In this document: positions 63,614 to 64,000 of the stretch, in pieces
Layout of the letters: each line of letters starts with the position of its first letter
Position numbering within the stretch: the first letter of the stretch is position 1
Source of the DNA: Azolla caroliniana
Taxonomy: Eukaryota; Plantae; Polypodiophyta
Length of the DNA: 64,000 nucleotides
Assembly: GCA_043228905.1 (NCBI GenBank)
Contig: JBHGNT010000014.1
Span: 8,680,001-8,744,000, forward strand
Direction: 5' to 3'
Position numbers and translations under genes: made by a program
The notes under the pieces: generated by a model
What the model was told of the DNA's origin: nothing
What the model saw: the letters and a program-made list of their open reading frames with translations, nothing else
Databases searched by the model: none

Positions 63614-64000
63614 TGTAAACGTAAGTGTTTGCGGAAAACGTAAAACAGAGAACAACACACAAGGAGAGAGAGAGAGCGAGAGAGACAGAGAAAGCAGAAC
63701 ACAATTTCAAAATTATATCAAGACTCTGTACTACAGACTGTGCTAAGTAACACTATTTATACAAGTCCTCATGGGACTGACAGAAGTACCATGTGCTTCA
63801 ATGCTCACACGAGCATCTGACACTTACTACGAGACTATAGATACCTAGTGGTCTATCCTATTCTAGGCTTCCGATTGGACTGCCGGTTACGGATTGCACC
63901 CGGCCTCCACTACTTGCCGGTTCGGTTGCTCACCGTCATACTGATCCGTTTCGCCCGATCCGTCTCGCTTATCGGCTCCGGCTTATTCAGCAGATCCGGC
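63614..64000 (-). mobile_element. Copia LTR of the 23687 family, running off the window end
   Basis: TGTAAACGTAAGTGTTTGCGG... is near-identical to 23687-24097 and interrupts the Gypsy gag frame. Confidence 0.9.

Overview
TE-dense eukaryotic (land-plant) nuclear window. A non-seed plant such as a fern is inferred from a truncated PLS-E PPR gene, Tcn1-like chromoviruses and spliceosomal introns. Apparently intact host genes: a PLS-class PPR (12121-14910,+), a P-class PPR (16648-18390,-), a 10-exon myo-inositol oxygenase (39438-41839,-) and an intronless secreted Tyr/Gly/Asn-repeat protein (51076-51816,+). The rest is nested mobile DNA: two full-length Copia elements with TSDs, a full-length chromovirus with an apparent Tf1-style self-priming site, a tRNA-Trp-primed Gypsy family, solo LTRs, L1-like LINE remnants, a hAT-type non-autonomous element and a plastid 23S rRNA insertion. 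The standout is 7841-10457(+): a decayed, intron-containing gene that can be spliced by hand into a ParB/Srx-like N-terminal domain fused to a prokaryote-type beta-class amino (N6-adenine/N4-cytosine) DNA methyltransferase. It is followed by repeat arrays that suggest a mobile-element end. All calls are from manual reading; no searches were run.
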